Shown: positions 1 to 9,538, numbered from the stretch's first letter. The stretch is DNA of 64,000 nucleotides from Roseibacillus sp. (GCA_051251855.1 JBPOGI010000007.1:96001-160000), one strand, 5' to 3'. Numbers and translations are program-made. The notes: generated from the letters alone by a model not told the origin.

Positions 1-528
1 CAGCGCTTTGCCGCCGAAAAAATTAAGTTCGACGCCATCTACACCTCCGACCTCGGTCGCTCGCACAACACCTGCAAATATCTCTGCGAGCCCATTGGCC
101 AACTCGACGATATTCAAATCGACAAAGGCCTTCGCGAGCGCGCCCTCGGTCACCTGCAGGGACTCACCTTTGACGAAATCCGAGAGCAACATCCCGAAGA
201 CGCCGAACTCCACGAATCCGGCGACCCTCACTTTGCACCCGGTGATGGCGAATCCTGGGCCGACACCTTTGCTCGTTCCTGCAAAGCACTTCGCACCATC
301 GCACGCCGTCATGACGGCCAAAAAGTCCTCGCTGTTTCGCACGGCGGGGTATTGGGAATGGCCCTCCGCGATGCACTCGGTCTCAACCTTCTGCCTCCAC
401 GCCGTTTCCAACTCCCTAACACCGCGCTCAACATCTTCAACTACGCCGACCACAACTGGACCCTCCGGACGTGGGGAGACACCTCCCATCTCAAGCACGT
501 CACCGTCCTCGATGAAGTCGTGAAATGA
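1..528 (+). CDS. Histidine phosphatase (phosphoglycerate mutase-like) family protein, 5' truncated by window edge
   Basis: Frame +1 (absent from the ORF track) reads ...FDAIYTSDLGRSHNT...GLRERALG.LQG...GESWADTFAR...VLAVSHGGVL...LPNTALNIF...WGDTSHL. It stops at TGA 526-528, overlapping the next ATG (ATGA). Confidence 0.88.
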   Translation, partial: QRFAAEKIKFDAIYTSDLGRSHNTCKYLCEPIGQLDDIQIDKGLRERALGHLQGLTFDEIREQHPEDAELHESGDPHFAPGDGESWADTFARSCKALRTIARRHDGQKVLAVSHGGVLGMALRDALGLNLLPPRRFQLPNTALNIFNYADHNWTLRTWGDTSHLKHVTVLDEVVK

Positions 529-2186
529 TTCGCTCCATCTCCAGCAAGAATAAATCCTCAAAGAATCCACCGGGATGCTTCGCTATCGGTTGGTGCCTCT
601 TTAGCAGTATCTTCATCATTGCTGGTCTGGGCATCAGTATCCATCAAGCCAAGCTCTGGACCTGGAAAAAGGCCCCCTGCGAGATTCTCGAATTTCAGAT
701 CCACGATCACCCCAACAAGGACGAACCTTTTACCCCAGAAGTTCGCTTTCGATTTCCACATCAAGGCCAAGAATTTTTCGGAACCAAGATCGAGCCCTCC
801 AAGACCGAGTATTCGAAGTACGAAGTACTCGTCGAAATCGAACGCAAGGCACAAGAAAAAGGAATATGCTTTTATGACCCTAACCATCCTGAAGACGCCA
901 TTCTCAAGCGCAGCACAGGTGGGGTTTGGGGAGGTCTCGCCTTTGCCGTGTTTGGCAGTTTCTTTTTCCTCATCGGAGTCGGAATGTTCCGCGAGAAAAA
1001 GAATGCTCCAAAAGCACTCTCCTCCAAAAGCAGCAGCGGGCAGCTCAAAGAAAGCGGATTCTTAGGCTTTGGTTTCTTCGGCCTCTTTACCCTCGTAGGA
1101 GTCGGAGTTTTCCTCGGACTGGTTCTTCCCACCGCTAAAAAATACCTCGCCGCCAAAACATGGGAACCTGTCAACGCTACCGTCATCTGGAGCAAGGTTC
1201 GTTCACACTCCTCCGATGACGGCACCACATACAGCCCCGACGTCTTCTATCGCTACCGATTCCAAGGAGAGGACTTTCGTTCTAACAACTTCTCACTCAT
1301 GTCCGGCAGCTCCAGCGGATACGATCGCAAGAAAGAGATTGTCGCCGCCCATCCACCTGGCCACACCTTCACCTGCTACGTCAACCCCAACGAACCCTGG
1401 CAAGCCGTCGTCCAAGCCAAACTCGGATGGTGGGCCCTCTTCGGTCTCTTCCCCCTCCCCTTTCTAGCGGTAGGACTTGGTGGTCTCTGGTGGATGCTCA
1501 AAGGCTCAAAATCTAACAAATCACCCAATCTGCCGATTCGCTCGGGCATCAAAGGGTCTTCCCCTCAACTTCCAAAGAAGCCGAAGTCAGGCAATCGTTG
1601 GGGCAAATTCCTTGGACACCTCTTTTTTGCCCTCTTCTGGTGCGGAATTGTCAGCGTCTTCCTCACCTTCGCTTGGAAAGACTGGGCCAAGGGGGATCCC
1701 GAGTGGTTCCTCATTATCTTCATGATTCCTTTCGTCCTGGTGGGTCTCTTCCTTCTTGGAACATTGCCTCACAGCTTTCTCGCCATCTTCTCCCCTCGCT
1801 TCGACCTCGACTTTCGGGACCCTGAACTGAAGCCTGGTCTCGCCACCAAATTTCGCTGGAAACAAAGTGGCGGCAGTGGCCAGCTCACCGAAATGACGAT
1901 CACGCTTGAGGGACGCGAAGAAGCGACTTATCAGCGAGGCACAGATCGCGCGACGGCGACTTCGCTTTTCTATCAGAAGGAAATTTTTAAGTCTTCTCAT
2001 CTCCCCGAGATGATTGCCAACGAGTGCGACCTTATCTTCCCTGCCGACACCCTTCCGAGCTTCGAAGGCGAACATAACAAAATCTGCTGGTGTCTCCGCA
2101 TGAACGCAGCGGTCAAAGCACGGCCCGATGTCCGCGAGGAAATCGAGATCACCCTTCAACCTCTCACCGAAAACGACTTCCGATGA
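525..2186 (+). CDS. Membrane protein with two DUF3592-like domains and a C-terminal beta-sandwich domain
   Basis: Repeated TM-pair plus 'W...(C/A).I..S.......Y.P.V.Y/F.F' and 'YV/YD-P..P..A' units; multiple hydrophobic helices. Confidence 0.75.
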   Translation: MIRSISSKNKSSKNPPGCFAIGWCLFSSIFIIAGLGISIHQAKLWTWKKAPCEILEFQIHDHPNKDEPFTPEVRFRFPHQGQEFFGTKIEPSKTEYSKYEVLVEIERKAQEKGICFYDPNHPEDAILKRSTGGVWGGLAFAVFGSFFFLIGVGMFREKKNAPKALSSKSSSGQLKESGFLGFGFFGLFTLVGVGVFLGLVLPTAKKYLAAKTWEPVNATVIWSKVRSHSSDDGTTYSPDVFYRYRFQGEDFRSNNFSLMSGSSSGYDRKKEIVAAHPPGHTFTCYVNPNEPWQAVVQAKLGWWALFGLFPLPFLAVGLGGLWWMLKGSKSNKSPNLPIRSGIKGSSPQLPKKPKSGNRWGKFLGHLFFALFWCGIVSVFLTFAWKDWAKGDPEWFLIIFMIPFVLVGLFLLGTLPHSFLAIFSPRFDLDFRDPELKPGLATKFRWKQSGGSGQLTEMTITLEGREEATYQRGTDRATATSLFYQKEIFKSSHLPEMIANECDLIFPADTLPSFEGEHNKICWCLRMNAAVKARPDVREEIEITLQPLTENDFR

Positions 2187-2620
2187 GCACCTCAACCTCA
2201 GGGATCGAGATTGAGCTCGACCACTTTCACCACCAGCCCTTCCAAGAACTGAAAGGCAAAGTCCGTATCACGACACCAACCCCGCCCGAAGGTATGGAGC
2301 TCCGGGTCTTTTGGTTCACTCGAGGGCGTGGCGACGAAGAAGCCTCCATCATTCATCGTCTCAAACTCGAAACCGCCCAAGCGCTCACGAACTTCTCATG
2401 GAAACTTCCCGCTGCCCCCTACAGCTTCGCCGGCAAGCTCATCACCCTCGCTTGGGCTATCGAAGTTGTGGATGAAAACGAGCAATCCCTCGACCTTGTG
2501 CCCTTCCTCCTCTCCCCGAGTGGCGAAGAGGTTCAACTGGAAGCCATTCCTGACAACTCGCGCGCAGGAAAGCTCAAAGAAAAACTCGAGAAGAAATTCG
2601 GGCCACCGAGGAGCCAGTGA
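2183..2620 (+). CDS. Hypothetical protein, arrestin/SpoOM-like beta-sandwich
   Basis: ATG 2183 overlaps the upstream stop (ATGA). The motif LPAAPYSFAGKLITLAWAIE resembles the C-terminal domain of the upstream gene. Confidence 0.65.
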   Translation: MSTSTSGIEIELDHFHHQPFQELKGKVRITTPTPPEGMELRVFWFTRGRGDEEASIIHRLKLETAQALTNFSWKLPAAPYSFAGKLITLAWAIEVVDENEQSLDLVPFLLSPSGEEVQLEAIPDNSRAGKLKEKLEKKFGPPRSQ

Positions 2621-3261
2621 AAGCTCACCTCAACCCCTTCGCTCCCGACCGGGTGCAGCGGCTCCTTCCCTTTGACCCTGAACTCATCGAGACCACTTGG
2701 GAACAACTTGAAACTCGCTGGGAAAACCTTCATCGGCGAGCGGTCATTACCGGCCCTCACGGCAGCGGAAAGACCACCTTCCTCAACACCTTTGCCGAGC
2801 GCCTCGCTGACACCTATCACGTCGAAACCCTCTTCTTTCACCGTGACGAGCACCGCCTCTCTCCCCAGCAAAGGAAACAAATCACTCGGCTCAAAGCCCC
2901 CTCTCGCACCATTCTCCTCGTCGATGGTGAAGGCCACCTCACTTTGCGCGAACGCCATTGGTTGCGCCACCAAAGCCAAGAGATGGCAGGCTACCTTGTC
3001 GCGCGCCATCACCGCTGCACCCTCCCCACTCTGCTTTCTCTCAGCGTGACCCCAAAACTTGCCCATCAACTCCTCGAACAGATTCACCCGGCAGAAGCCA
3101 CTCGTCGCGCAAACGATCTCCCCCAACTTCTTCGAAAAAAGAGCGGGAACCTACGCGAACTCTGGCTTAGCTTTTATGACAACTATGCGAGCCAAGACTC
3201 TCCTCCCTCTTCTGTTCCTCCTAACCCTGACCTGCAGCGGAGCCAAGCTCGCTCCCGGTGA
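2617..3261 (+). CDS. P-loop ATPase (AAA-like) protein
   Basis: Walker A GPHGSGKTT, Walker B ILLVDG, C-terminal GNLREL; GTGA overlap with the upstream stop. Confidence 0.8.
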   Translation: MKAHLNPFAPDRVQRLLPFDPELIETTWEQLETRWENLHRRAVITGPHGSGKTTFLNTFAERLADTYHVETLFFHRDEHRLSPQQRKQITRLKAPSRTILLVDGEGHLTLRERHWLRHQSQEMAGYLVARHHRCTLPTLLSLSVTPKLAHQLLEQIHPAEATRRANDLPQLLRKKSGNLRELWLSFYDNYASQDSPPSSVPPNPDLQRSQARSR

Positions 3262-4480
3262 GCCCCTGCCCTCCCTCACTCTCCCCACCGCCAGAGAGCA
3301 CAAGCCTCTCAGCACCGACTCCTTTCTCGGAAAGAAGACCCTCGTTCACATCTTTGCTTCCTGGTGAGCAGGCTGCCGTAAGCACGTGCCCGGGTGGCAC
3401 AACCAAACGAAAGACCTCGTAACAGAAGGCAAATTGCAAGTATTCGGCATCGCACCCGAACAATACGGCGATCGTATGGCTCTCTTTCTTCAATGGAAGA
3501 ACCTCGAATTCCCCGTCCTGATGGATCCCTTAAATGTGCTCAATGTCTCTGCCGTCCCCATCACTCTTCTCGTCGATGAGTCCGGAGTGATTCGCTACCG
3601 CAATCCCAAGCCTAGAGATCTAAAAGTCTTTTTAGACAAAGAATACCCCGAAACCGCAAGAGTCATCACTCCCGCTTCTCCTCTCGGACAAGAGCAGGCG
3701 CTGCGGGCGCTTCAAAATCGAGACACAGCCGAAATCGAGAGAGCTGCTACCATGTTGGCCTTACTCTCGACTTCGAATAAAAATCCTGAATTCACTTTTC
3801 AATCCGGCGTTCTTGCTCGCTGGCTCTTTGACAACGGAGGCGATCCCGAGAATTTTCAAACTGCGGTCCACCTCTGGAGCGACGCCCTTGCTCATCGCCC
3901 CGGTCAATACATCTGGCGCCGAAGAATCCAGCAATACGGTCCTCGCCTTGATAAGCCCTACCCATTCTACAACTGGGTCATCGAAGCTCGCAAAGACCTG
4001 CAAGCCGCTGGAAAAACGCCTCACCCGCTCCAAGTCGAACCATCAGGCTCGGAAGTGGCAGCCCCGCGCAAGAAAGGCGAACAAGGAAAAGAGTCCCCCA
4101 ACTTCCCCGACCCTAACAACAAGCTCCCCCACGAAAACGCCCTCCTCGAAATCACAACCACTACCATCCCGCATACCGACGCCCCCGAGAAGGGACGCCT
4201 CCACCTCCTGCTCACTCCTACCGAGAACGGGCATTGGTCCAGCGATGCTCAAAAGGTCGAGCTCTGGTTTCGTCCCGAAGAAGGCTCCCCCATCTTTCTC
4301 ACCAGCGAGGCCACTTCCCTCCCGGCTAATCTCGAGACCAGCAGCCTCCCCCGAGTCCTCGAAGGAGATTTCTCTCTTCCACAAAACTCCGCTGGGAAGC
4401 TGGTTCTCTTCTACTCCCTTTGCGAAACCGAGAATGCTGTTTGCCGCTTTCTCAAAACGGAATGGAAATTTCATCAGTAA
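3185..4480 (+). CDS. Secreted TlpA/thioredoxin-fold redoxin, candidate selenoprotein (in-frame TGA at 3365-3367 giving WUAGC)
   Basis: ORFs 3059..3367 and 3386..4480 share a frame. Reading through gives LGKKTLVHIFASW-*-AGCRKHVPGW...FPVLMD...VSAVPITLLVDESGVIRY, a continuous TlpA fold with the TGA at the first Cys of CxxC. N-terminal signal peptide; start could be 3176. Confidence 0.8.
3365..3400 (+). promoter_or_regulatory. Candidate bacterial SECIS element
   Basis: TGA followed by the stem GTGCC (3386-3390) / loop CGGGT / GGCAC (3396-3400). 23 nt separate the TGA from the apical loop, which has G at loop position 2. Confidence 0.55.
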
Positions 4481-4555
4481 GCCCCTCCCGTTTATTGCAG
4501 GAACAAGAATGTCCCTGCTCCTTTGACTCAGCTGCCTTTTTCGTTAGTCTCCGGC

Positions 4556-4984
4556 ATGGCTAACGAACTCGTCAAAATACCCCGTCAGCGCGAGGTATCT
4601 CCTTGCCCGTGCAACAAGGAGAAGAGCTACGACCAATGCTGCATGCCCTTTCACTATGGCCGCGCCATGCCCGAGACGGCGGAACAACTGATGCGGTCAC
4701 GCTACACCGCCTTTTTCTTCCGACTCGTCGACTACCTCGTTTCCACCACTCACCCCGACAAGCGCGAGAAAGACCTCGCTCGCGAACTCGACAAAACCAT
4801 CTGGAATCCCAGTTGGCGAAAGCTCCAAGTCATTTCCCAATCGAAAGGCGGCAAAGAGGATAAAACCGGCAAAGTCGAATTCATTGCCACCTTTTCACTC
4901 GATGGCGAAAAACGCGAACTCCACGAAAAATCCCGCTTCCGCCGCTACAAAGGCAAGTGGATGTATGTAGATGGGAAAGGATAA
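4556..4984 (+). CDS. YchJ family SEC-C motif protein
   Basis: CPC......Y.QCC, TAEQLMRSRYTAF, VEFIATF, HEKSRF, W.YVDG motifs. Confidence 0.9.
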   Translation: MANELVKIPRQREVSPCPCNKEKSYDQCCMPFHYGRAMPETAEQLMRSRYTAFFFRLVDYLVSTTHPDKREKDLARELDKTIWNPSWRKLQVISQSKGGKEDKTGKVEFIATFSLDGEKRELHEKSRFRRYKGKWMYVDGKG

Positions 4985-4989
4985 CGAAA

Positions 4990-5595
4990 ATGAGCCTACA
5001 AGAAGAGTGGAACACACTATGCACCTCGTTGAATCTCGACGGCCTGCACTCTTGGACGAAGATCGAAGAATCCTACAGCAAGAACCAACTGGCTTATCAT
5101 AACCTCACTCATATCGCTGACTGTTTGAGCAAATTTCGAGCCTCACAACATCTTGCCCAAGACCCCGCTGCAATCGAACTCGCCATTTGGTTTCACGATA
5201 TCGTTTACGATCCCAAGGCCTCGGACAACGAGGAACAAAGTGCCCGCAGAGCTGAAAGCTTCCTATTGGATTCTCCTCTAACCACAAGGGTTACCGAACT
5301 CATTCTCGATACCAGCCACCGTCAGGAAGCAGAGACCTCCGACGGCAAGCTCATTTGTGATATCGACCTGAGTATTTTGGGGAGTGACCCAAAGAGCTAC
5401 CGTTCTTATGCAGATGCCATTCGAGAAGAATACTCTTGGGTAAATTCGACCGATTACATGCTCGGGCGCAGCCAAGTCTTAGAGAACTTTCTCAATCGAA
5501 AGAGAATCTTCGCTCTTCCCTACTTTGAAGAAAAATACGAACAGCAAGCACGATTGAACTTATCAGAAGAGTTAGAATCACTGACTAGTTGCTAG
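4990..5595 (+). CDS. Predicted HD-superfamily metal-dependent phosphohydrolase
   Basis: YHNLTHI, AIWFHDIVYDP, NEEQSA, DIDLSILG, IREEY motifs. Confidence 0.85.
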   Translation: MSLQEEWNTLCTSLNLDGLHSWTKIEESYSKNQLAYHNLTHIADCLSKFRASQHLAQDPAAIELAIWFHDIVYDPKASDNEEQSARRAESFLLDSPLTTRVTELILDTSHRQEAETSDGKLICDIDLSILGSDPKSYRSYADAIREEYSWVNSTDYMLGRSQVLENFLNRKRIFALPYFEEKYEQQARLNLSEELESLTSC

Positions 5596-8500
5596 AAACC
5601 TCAACCCCCAGCTCCTGAAAGGCGGTGTTTTCCTTGGGATTTTTGGCTGGAGAGACCTGCCAGACGATCCACCGGAACTCCCCAAGAGATTCTCCCTTCG
5701 GAGCTCGCAATGAAAGTGCACTAAACGCTTCCAAGGATTCTTTTCCGCTCTTCAAAACTCCCAAAGGCACGAACCGTTCCGCGTTGGTGAGGTCCCAGCC
5801 TGGGTCTTTCTCATCTGCACTCCCATAGAGACGAACTGACTGATGTCCACGTCGTCCCCCTTCGTTGTGAGACCAACTCGTCATCGCCGAAATACTCTTC
5901 TTCTTCCCGAGGTCTAGTTTGTAGGCACCATCTGTGATCCCATTCCCAAAGACTGGTCCGTATCCTTCCTCCAAGCGACCATCGGTAAGAACCTTCGGCG
6001 AGTCATTGCTTGTCTTCTGATTCGTCATCACTGTTCCCTTCGACTTCTTAGGGACCAACTGATTGAACTCAGAAGCATTCGCGGCGGTCTCAAAAAACAC
6101 GCCCTCACCTAGATTCTTCGTCGTCGCCTTCTTTTCTTCGACGGTCTTCAACTCTTCCACAATGAGCGAACCTTGCATCACCCGCCAGTGACCGGGGAAG
6201 GTGCAGATGTAGGGATAGACTCCCGGTTCAGTGGGAGCTTCGAAAACCAGCTCCTGCTCCTGCTTGGTGGAAAGAAGCTTCGACGCTTGCAGGATTTTTG
6301 CACTCTCAGGGAGATACTCTTTTTCAGCGCCATCCGCTTGGCCAGCTAGCTTGTCCGCCAACGCCCCCATCTCCTCAACGCTTCCGGGAGCAATAAGCAC
6401 CCAGTTGTGCGGCATGATATCGGGGTTTTCAAAAATGAGACGCACCTTACTCCCCGGGGTTACTCGAACTTCCTTGGGAGCAAACTGAAGCCCTGCCGCC
6501 GCCTGCACCCGAACCACGTTCCCTCGCTCAGCCACCATCTCTTCGTATTCCTCAGCAAAGCCCTCCAGCTCATCAAAGCTCTTTGAATACTGAACTCCAG
6601 CGACCTCCTGCCCAACCGGATCATAGAGATAGGCCGGTGGCATGGTCTTGGTTTTGCGACGTCCACTCTTGAGTAAAATCTCAATCGTATTCAGCCCCTT
6701 CTCCAGCTCGACATTGACTTGCTGGTCACCGCTCCAAAGCGAGTCCTGACTAAAAACGAGGCGATCGTTCAGACGAATATCAATCGACATGTGCTTAATC
6801 GCAATGATGGCTGTTGTGGGTTCATCAGCTTGAACAAAAGTTCGGAAGAGCCCCACCCCCGGCAGAGGCTTGCCTTCGGTCGCTAGCTCTGTGGGAACCG
6901 CATCCCCCTTCTCTCCCAGAAACAACCAATGCGTCATCCGTGAGTTCTTATCAACTTCGAGAACCGGAACGCTGCGCCCCTTGAGAGGTTCAATACCAAG
7001 GTCAAGATAACTGAGAGAACTTTCCACATCCTTTGTGAGCGGTTTCAGGTTGGCGAGAACCGTCTCCACCTCCGGATAATTGGGCCGCAAGTGAGCGACG
7101 GCATCAATGACTTCAATTTGAACTCTGGGATTCGTCTCGGTTTCAACAAAAGACAAAAGGCCCACCAAGTCGGGCAATTCATCTGCCTGAATTCGAATCG
7201 CTTGCACGGCCGCTCCTCGGTAAAGGGCCAACTTGGATCGAAGCAAAACCTTCAGGAGGTCTGGCTGAACTACCCCAAGGCCTTCCCCCACAAAAATGGT
7301 CTCGAGCACAGCCTGCTCATAGTTCTCATCCTCTTTATCAAAGGCCGCCAACCAATCATTAACCGCGCCCATCCCTTGCGAACCCTGCTTTCGCAACTCA
7401 ATTCGGGCATGCTTCCTCACTAGGTCCTGAGGGTGCACGAGAAGAGAACAAAGCGCTTTGAGCGAAGCTCCTTCAATCTGCGGCCAATCCTTGGCGAGTG
7501 ACCCTTTCGAATACACCACTCTCCAAATACGACCAAAATCATGGTCCCAATGAGGACTCCGCATTGGGTGCTGGGCGTGCCCAATAATGGGGCTACAAAA
7601 ATCGGAAATGTAGAGCGCCCCATCCATCCCAAACTCCAAGTCCGCTGGACGAAACGCCGCGTTGGGAGAAGAAACAATAGTCAAAGGATCCTTTTTCCGA
7701 TTGAACCCGTTTTTAGATTCGAAAGCAGTCAAGGTCACGGCATAGCGGCCAAGAAGAGCCGCCGAGGCCATCCCTTGCTGATAGCGCTCGGGGAAGTTCG
7801 GACTTGAGACAATGGTCAGTCCCGAGCCCTTTCCGTAGGTTGCAATGTTCGCGTAGCCAAAGGGATGATAACCACCCAGAGGAGTCCAAATCAGCGCGGT
7901 GCCATCATAGGCATGGCCATCGCCATAGTTCTGAAAGATTCCACCCCAACGATTAAAGGTCACCTTCCATGGATTGGGCGTGGTGTGCTGCCACTCGGTG
8001 ACAATTCCGCCATCCTTCATATCGAGCCGATAAGTGGTGGCATCGATTCCGCGATGAACCCCCATGGGCGTTTCTAACTGTGAACGATGAAAGACCCCGT
8101 CGCAGAAGATGACATCGCCAAAAGGGTCCGTCGTGATCATTCCGCCATGGTGAGAATCCGTCACGTCAATCCCGCGCAGCAATTCCACCTGAGTATCGGC
8201 TCGATCATCGCCGTCGGTATCCTTCATCAACCAAAGACGAGGCTGCTCCGAAACGATGACCCCGTCGCGATGAAAAGCCACCCCATCCAAAGCATCGAGA
8301 CCATCCATAAAGGTCGTGATCTTATCCGCTCGCCCATCTTTATCGGTATCTTCTAGAATTACGATTCGATCGGGTGGCGTGAGACCCGGCACAGTGTGAG
8401 GAAAAGAAGGCATCGTCACCACCCACAGGCGGCCACGCGCATCAAAAGAAATCTGAACCGGATTGCGCAGCTCAGGGAACTGCTCTTCCGAAGCAAAAAG

Positions 8501-9538
8501 GTTCACTTCAAAATCATCCGCGACAGTGAACTCCGCCATCGCCTCACTGGGTGGCTTAATGATTCCAGTGCGTGCGCCATCGTCTTTGCCCTTTCTCGGG
8601 GGGAGCGGAGGCAAGGAAGGCTTCTCGATATCAGCAAAATTCAGCGTCGAATCCTTGGCCATGCGATGCACCACTTCTTCGGTGAGACGAATCATCTCAT
8701 GATAGCGAGGCATCTCTTCATTATACTCCTTCGAGCGAGCACGGACTCCGAAGTAAACCACCGCATTCTTCGGTCTCACCACTTCAGCGACACGCTTGTG
8801 CTTCGCGGCCACGGCGAGTTTCAACTCCTCAATACGACTCTTATCCATCTCTTGAGTAGCGGAACCAACCAGCGCCTCGGCAATGACCCGAGCCACGTGA
8901 TGATTCCCCAAGTCACTCAAGTGAATGCCATTGTTCGTCAAGGGAGCTTCCAACTCTTGATATCTCTTTTGAGTCGCCGAAAAGAGATCCACGAACTCGG
9001 CCCCTCGTTCCTTGGCCAATTGCGCGATCGCTTGGCTATACATTCCAACCTCAGCTTGACGTTCAGCCGAAGCCCCCTCAATCGCAATCGGCGAAAGCAA
9101 AACAAACCGCGCATTGGGATGAAGATGAGAAAGCTGGTCGAGATGCACTCCATATTGCGCTCGAAAATCCTCCAAACCCTCCTCGCCCCCAAAAGACTCA
9201 TTCAAACCGTAGCCCAACACGATGGTGTCGGAAGGCCACTCTTGTAGCAAATTCTTCATGTGCTTGGCATAGCCCTCAAGACGAAGTCGATGGCCCACCT
9301 CATCACCGGTCCACGCCAAGCTACGGACCTTCAACCCAGCCTCGGGAGCAGCGAGCTGTAAACGCGCTTCCAATTCTCCATGCTCCAAGAGCCGCTCGAT
9401 CATGGAGTTGCCATAGAAGAGAATACTGTTCTTCCCCGAGGAATCAGCGGCCTTTGCAAGGACCGAGGTTAGGAGAAAAAGACAAGTCGCCAGGCAATAC
9501 GATCGAGCCGTGGAGGTGAGTCGAGAAAGGTTGTCCAT
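5585..9538 (-). CDS. Large secreted PVC-type redox protein: SGNH/GDSL-like domain, beta-propeller, HEAT repeats, azurin/auracyanin-type copper domain
   Basis: YGNSMIERL (SGNH-like); FEVNLFASE...NPVQISFDARGRLWV and LEDTDKDGRADK (PVC propeller); FRPADLEFGMDGALYISD; MPHNWV...YICTFPGHWRVM (type-1 Cu). Start uncertain (9538 or 9592). Confidence 0.85.
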   Translation of the reverse strand: MDNLSRLTSTARSYCLATCLFLLTSVLAKAADSSGKNSILFYGNSMIERLLEHGELEARLQLAAPEAGLKVRSLAWTGDEVGHRLRLEGYAKHMKNLLQEWPSDTIVLGYGLNESFGGEEGLEDFRAQYGVHLDQLSHLHPNARFVLLSPIAIEGASAERQAEVGMYSQAIAQLAKERGAEFVDLFSATQKRYQELEAPLTNNGIHLSDLGNHHVARVIAEALVGSATQEMDKSRIEELKLAVAAKHKRVAEVVRPKNAVVYFGVRARSKEYNEEMPRYHEMIRLTEEVVHRMAKDSTLNFADIEKPSLPPLPPRKGKDDGARTGIIKPPSEAMAEFTVADDFEVNLFASEEQFPELRNPVQISFDARGRLWVVTMPSFPHTVPGLTPPDRIVILEDTDKDGRADKITTFMDGLDALDGVAFHRDGVIVSEQPRLWLMKDTDGDDRADTQVELLRGIDVTDSHHGGMITTDPFGDVIFCDGVFHRSQLETPMGVHRGIDATTYRLDMKDGGIVTEWQHTTPNPWKVTFNRWGGIFQNYGDGHAYDGTALIWTPLGGYHPFGYANIATYGKGSGLTIVSSPNFPERYQQGMASAALLGRYAVTLTAFESKNGFNRKKDPLTIVSSPNAAFRPADLEFGMDGALYISDFCSPIIGHAQHPMRSPHWDHDFGRIWRVVYSKGSLAKDWPQIEGASLKALCSLLVHPQDLVRKHARIELRKQGSQGMGAVNDWLAAFDKEDENYEQAVLETIFVGEGLGVVQPDLLKVLLRSKLALYRGAAVQAIRIQADELPDLVGLLSFVETETNPRVQIEVIDAVAHLRPNYPEVETVLANLKPLTKDVESSLSYLDLGIEPLKGRSVPVLEVDKNSRMTHWLFLGEKGDAVPTELATEGKPLPGVGLFRTFVQADEPTTAIIAIKHMSIDIRLNDRLVFSQDSLWSGDQQVNVELEKGLNTIEILLKSGRRKTKTMPPAYLYDPVGQEVAGVQYSKSFDELEGFAEEYEEMVAERGNVVRVQAAAGLQFAPKEVRVTPGSKVRLIFENPDIMPHNWVLIAPGSVEEMGALADKLAGQADGAEKEYLPESAKILQASKLLSTKQEQELVFEAPTEPGVYPYICTFPGHWRVMQGSLIVEELKTVEEKKATTKNLGEGVFFETAANASEFNQLVPKKSKGTVMTNQKTSNDSPKVLTDGRLEEGYGPVFGNGITDGAYKLDLGKKKSISAMTSWSHNEGGRRGHQSVRLYGSADEKDPGWDLTNAERFVPLGVLKSGKESLEAFSALSLRAPKGESLGEFRWIVWQVSPAKNPKENTAFQELGVEVSSN

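Noticed and set aside
8..523. 171-aa Pro/Ser/Thr-rich ORF from the track
   Set aside because: Wrong frame; frame +1 encodes a histidine phosphatase.
3059..3367. Separate 102-aa gene, with 3386..4480 as another gene
   Set aside because: Each half carries only part of one thioredoxin fold; they are better explained as one gene with an in-frame TGA.
8396..9247. Long alternative-frame or antisense ORFs (also 33269..34351, 49962..51023, 56056..56847, 58572..59327)
   Set aside because: Shadows of well-supported genes on the opposite strand, produced by codon bias; no motifs.
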